Assembly: GCA_965223265.1 (NCBI GenBank)
Contig: OZ244999.1
Span: 4,416,001 to 4,480,000 of the forward strand
From: Planctomycetota bacterium
GTDB lineage: Bacteria > Planctomycetota > UBA8108 > SXIK01
DNA length: 64,000 nucleotides
Reading direction: 5' to 3'
The position numbers and the translations under genes are program-made. The notes beneath the pieces are model-generated. The model saw only the letters and a program-made list of their open reading frames with translations. It made no database searches and had not been told where the DNA came from. Shown piece after piece: positions 60,745 through 64,000 of this stretch (position 1 is the first letter of the stretch; the number at the start of each line of letters is the position of its first letter).

Positions 60745-61607
60745 CAGCGTTTCCCCCCGTTCTCCACAACGCCTTCAGGCTCCAAACGCCCGGAGCCATA
60801 CGCCTCCGCTTCCTCAAGCTGAGCGTAATACTTTCGAAGGAGGTCTCGCATGCGTTCAACGTCGACCGATCGTTCCAATTTGCCGTCGTGAGCGAACGAC
60901 ACGGCGCCCGTCTCCTCGGAGACAACAACGACGATCGCGTCGGTTTCCTCGCTGATGCCCACCGCAGCTCTATGGCGAGTCCCGAGGACATTGCCGAGAC
61001 TCGGGTCGTCGCTGAGCGGAAAGAGGCAACCAGCCGCGGCAACGCGTTCTTTCTGGATCACAACGGCTCCATCGTGGAGGTCAGACCCGGGAAAGAAAAC
61101 CGTCGACAAAAGCTCACTCGTGACAACCCCGTCGATCGATGTACCGCGCTCGATGTAGTTCTTTAGTCCCACCTCACGCTCGATCGCAATCAGAGCACCG
61201 ATCTTCCGCCTCGACATGCGGTACGCGGCTTTGACGATCTCATCGACCATCCCCTCAGCCTCACCGCGTAGGAACATGCCGAAGATGCGAGTTTGCCCAA
61301 GCCGGATGAGCGCTCGTCGCAGCTCCGGTTGGACGATGATCACTAAGACCGGAATCGCGGTAGCGCCAAAAAACTTCATGATGCCGAGCAAACGGTCAAG
61401 GACACCGAATTGGTCGGCGATGATGGTCACGAGCATCGGCACCGTCAGGATAACCAACGCGATGCCCTTGAGGATACCTTCGCCACGCGTCCCTTCCATG
61501 AAACGAAGAAACGCATAGATCAAGAGGTAAATGACTATGATCTCGATGACGTACTCGACGTAGATCGAATCCGCGAAGGATCTCAAACTGTCGAGCACGT
61601 CAGACAT
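60744..61607 (-). CDS. cdaA: Diadenylate cyclase (CdaA/DacA type)
   Basis: Three N-terminal TMs; QPELRR, LHDGA and GTRHRAA catalytic motifs; VSEETG. Confidence 0.95.
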   Translation of the reverse strand: MSDVLDSLRSFADSIYVEYVIEIIVIYLLIYAFLRFMEGTRGEGILKGIALVILTVPMLVTIIADQFGVLDRLLGIMKFFGATAIPVLVIIVQPELRRALIRLGQTRIFGMFLRGEAEGMVDEIVKAAYRMSRRKIGALIAIEREVGLKNYIERGTSIDGVVTSELLSTVFFPGSDLHDGAVVIQKERVAAAGCLFPLSDDPSLGNVLGTRHRAAVGISEETDAIVVVVSEETGAVSFAHDGKLERSVDVERMRDLLRKYYAQLEEAEAYGSGRLEPEGVVENGGKR

Positions 61608-61613
61608 TTTCTC

Positions 61614-62582
61614 TCAGCCTTCAACTGGCGATGCCAATGGTCCAATAGCGGCGACCATGGCGACAAGATCACGGGTCAAAGCGGCATTGTGGACCCGAAG
61701 AACATCTGCACCGGCGTAGATCGCGGCCGCATTTGCCATCATAGTCCCGATGTCTCGATCGCCGACGTCGCGATCGAGGATCGAGCCAATGAAGCCTTTG
61801 CGCGACAGGCCAACAAGCACCGGCAGGTCGCAAGACCGTACTTCCTCTATGTTTCGGATCAGTTCTAAGTTGTGCTGAAGCAGCTTCCCGAAACCAATCC
61901 CGGGATCCAAGATCACCCTGGAGCTCTCGACCCCCCAGTCACGCAGAGCGTCGAGCCTGCTCCGAAAAAACTCGCGCACGGCGACGGTTACGCCGTCCGG
62001 ATAGTGAGGATTTTTCTGCATCGTGCGGGGCTCGCCGAGCATGTGCATGAGGATGATCGGAACTTCCCATTCCGTCACCACCCGATCCCACCCGGGAGCC
62101 TGGCAAGCTGCGACGTCGTTGATGACGTCCACCCCAGCGGCAAGCGCCTCGCACGCGACCTCGGGTAGGCGCGTGTCGATCGAAAGCGGGGCGTCGGTGG
62201 CCTCTCTGAGTCCTCGCACAACAGGCAAGACGCGTGTGAGCTGCTCTCCTGCTGCCACAGGCTCGGCCCCCGGACGCGTGGACTCGCCACCGATATCGAG
62301 CACATCGGCGCCGTCTTCCAGGAGCTGCAGGCCATGGTCGATCGCTCGCTTCGCATCACAGTGCACACCACCGTCGGAAAAGGAATCGGGTGTCACATTG
62401 ACGATTCCCATGATCGAGGGTCGATCGGGGCCTATCTCCCAACAGCGCCCGCGCGCTAGCTCATAGCGGTAGCTCCGACCGCCGGGACGAACTTGTGGTG
62501 GTTTTCGGGGTCGATCCATCTGCGATGCTGGCGGCTCACGGCCGATTAGGAGTGCCTCGCCGGCGGCGTCCGCAGGCGACAA
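61614..62582 (-). CDS. folP: Dihydropteroate synthase (start uncertain)
   Basis: NVTPDSFSDGG, GGESTRPG, DPGIGFGK, SRK and RVH motifs. Confidence 0.96.
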   Translation of the reverse strand: MSPADAAGEALLIGREPPASQMDRPRKPPQVRPGGRSYRYELARGRCWEIGPDRPSIMGIVNVTPDSFSDGGVHCDAKRAIDHGLQLLEDGADVLDIGGESTRPGAEPVAAGEQLTRVLPVVRGLREATDAPLSIDTRLPEVACEALAAGVDVINDVAACQAPGWDRVVTEWEVPIILMHMLGEPRTMQKNPHYPDGVTVAVREFFRSRLDALRDWGVESSRVILDPGIGFGKLLQHNLELIRNIEEVRSCDLPVLVGLSRKGFIGSILDRDVGDRDIGTMMANAAAIYAGADVLRVHNAALTRDLVAMVAAIGPLASPVEG

Positions 62583-62604
62583 CAGGGACCAGGCGACGAC
62601 CGCG

Positions 62605-64000
62605 TTACGCGGGAAGAGCGCCCGGGTTCACTCCCGTCGCGCCGTCGGTGGTCGGCTCAACGTCATCTACAAGCTGACTCCGAACCTCGGGCGACTTCTG
62701 CGGCGGCGCAGAAGTCGTCTCCAGCTCGACTGGCGGCAGTGGCTCGCCGCGTACGAGCTGCGCGACCTCTTCGCCGCTGAGCGTCTCTCGCTCGAGCAGG
62801 GCGGCGGCGATGCGCTCCATCGCTTCGCGATTCTCTTCGATCAATTCTTCGGCAAACTTGTAACACTCGTCGATCGTTCGACGCACCTCTTCGTCTATCC
62901 TCAGAGCGATTTCTTCGCTATGATCGCTACTCTTGGTTACTTCGCGGCCAAGGAACAGAGTCTCTTGATTCTCTGAATAGCGAATCGGGCCGATCGCTTC
63001 AGACATGCCCCATTCGGTCACCATTCGCCGCACAAGCTCGGTCGCCCGTTCGATGTCGTTGGCGGCACCGGAGGTGATCTCGCCACAAAACTTCTGCTCA
63101 GCGATCCGGCCGCCGTAGAGCAGTTTCAATTGCCCAAGCAGTTGCGTCTTCGAGCTGCTGTAGCGATCTCGCTCAGGCAATTGCATGGTCAGCCCCAACG
63201 CCATGCCGCGAGGAATGATGGACACTTTGTGGAGCGGCTCGACCTCTGGGAGCAAGTGGGCGATCAGGGCATGGCCAGCTTCATGATATGCGGTGACACG
63301 CCGGTCTTCCTCGTCTGGAACCCAGCTCTTCTTCTGCAACCCAAAACGAATCTTATCGCGTGCATCTTCAAGATCGATCTCGCGGATCGAGTCCTGATCA
63401 CGCATCGCCGCGACGATCGCCGCCTCGTTGATCAACGCGGCAAGCTCTGCGCCACTGAACCCTGGGGTACCGCGGGCAACGCGGTGCATATCAACGTCGG
63501 ACGACAGTTTCACCTTCTTAGCATGGACGTTCAAAATCGCCTCACGACCGCCCAGATCCGGTGGATCGATATAAATCTCACGATCGAAGCGACCCGGGCG
63601 GAGGAGGGCAGGATCTAGAACGTCCGGTCGGTTCGTGGCCGCGATCAGGATGATTCCCTCATCAGAGTCGAACCCATCCATCTCGACGAGAATCGCATTC
63701 AACGTCTGCTCGCGCTCATCATGTCCGCCGCCCAGACCGGAGCCTCTTCGGCGCCCCACGGCGTCGACTTCGTCGAGAAAAAGGAGACATGGCGAGCTCT
63801 CACGCGCTTGCTTGAACAGATCGCGGACGCGCGCTGCGCCGACACCGACAAACATCTCAACGAAGTCCGAACCACAGATACTGAAGAACGGCACGTCCGC
63901 TTCGCCGGCGATAGCCTTGGCGAGCAGCGTCTTGCCCGTGCCGGGTGGCCCTACAAGCATCACACCGCGCGGAATCCGCCCACCCAAGCGCTGAAATTTT
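62605..64000 (-). CDS. ftsH: ATP-dependent zinc metalloprotease FtsH; 5' part outside the window
   Basis: [23 protein letters not shown] and HEAGH motifs; the frame stays open to the right edge ([12 protein letters not shown]). Confidence 0.97.
   Translation of the reverse strand, partial: KFQRLGGRIPRGVMLVGPPGTGKTLLAKAIAGEADVPFFSICGSDFVEMFVGVGAARVRDLFKQARESSPCLLFLDEVDAVGRRRGSGLGGGHDEREQTLNAILVEMDGFDSDEGIILIAATNRPDVLDPALLRPGRFDREIYIDPPDLGGREAILNVHAKKVKLSSDVDMHRVARGTPGFSGAELAALINEAAIVAAMRDQDSIREIDLEDARDKIRFGLQKKSWVPDEEDRRVTAYHEAGHALIAHLLPEVEPLHKVSIIPRGMALGLTMQLPERDRYSSSKTQLLGQLKLLYGGRIAEQKFCGEITSGAANDIERATELVRRMVTEWGMSEAIGPIRYSENQETLFLGREVTKSSDHSEEIALRIDEEVRRTIDECYKFAEELIEENREAMERIAAALLERETLSGEEVAQLVRGEPLPPVELETTSAPPQKSPEVRSQLVDDVEPTTDGATGVNPGALPA

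Noticed and set aside
1-64000. Mobile elements, prophage, tRNA or rRNA genes
   Set aside because: No transposase, integrase or phage-like ORFs were seen. The GTTCGA-type words I checked lie in coding sequence or lack cloverleaf context.

Overview
GC-rich bacterial chromosomal segment. It is probably from a Planctomycetota-like organism; this is inferred from protein types (GDANxDG...PPAPFP dockerin tail, secreted prenyltransferase-repeat protein, DxIxLxxG/TPR/HEAT proteins) and is not proven. Most of the window is housekeeping: carB, prfB, pyrF, ribD, miaB, sucCD, dapA, and an ftsH-folP-cdaA-cdaR-glmM operon. It also carries a YhaO/YhaN SbcDC-like pair, a YhaM-like nuclease, a DHH phosphoesterase, a phasin-like/ABC1-kinase pair and a GldAFG/DUF4340-type ABC operon. 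I found no tRNA, rRNA, CRISPR array, transposase or integrase. The most notable items are: (1) a lipid-anchored scaffoldin-like protein (2 Ig, FG-GAP repeats, 2 cohesin-like domains, dockerin) with a long structured leader; (2) a candidate free-standing ~310-nt structured RNA with its own sigma70-like promoter and intrinsic terminator at ~30.57-30.88 kb; (3) a 3035-aa secreted sugar-dehydrogenase/lectin protein built on mosaic 1797-bp tandem repeats; (4) five GGA motifs at an exact 12-nt period ending in the SD of an XRE regulator; (5) prfB without the programmed frameshift. All family calls come from reading motifs by eye, without database searches.
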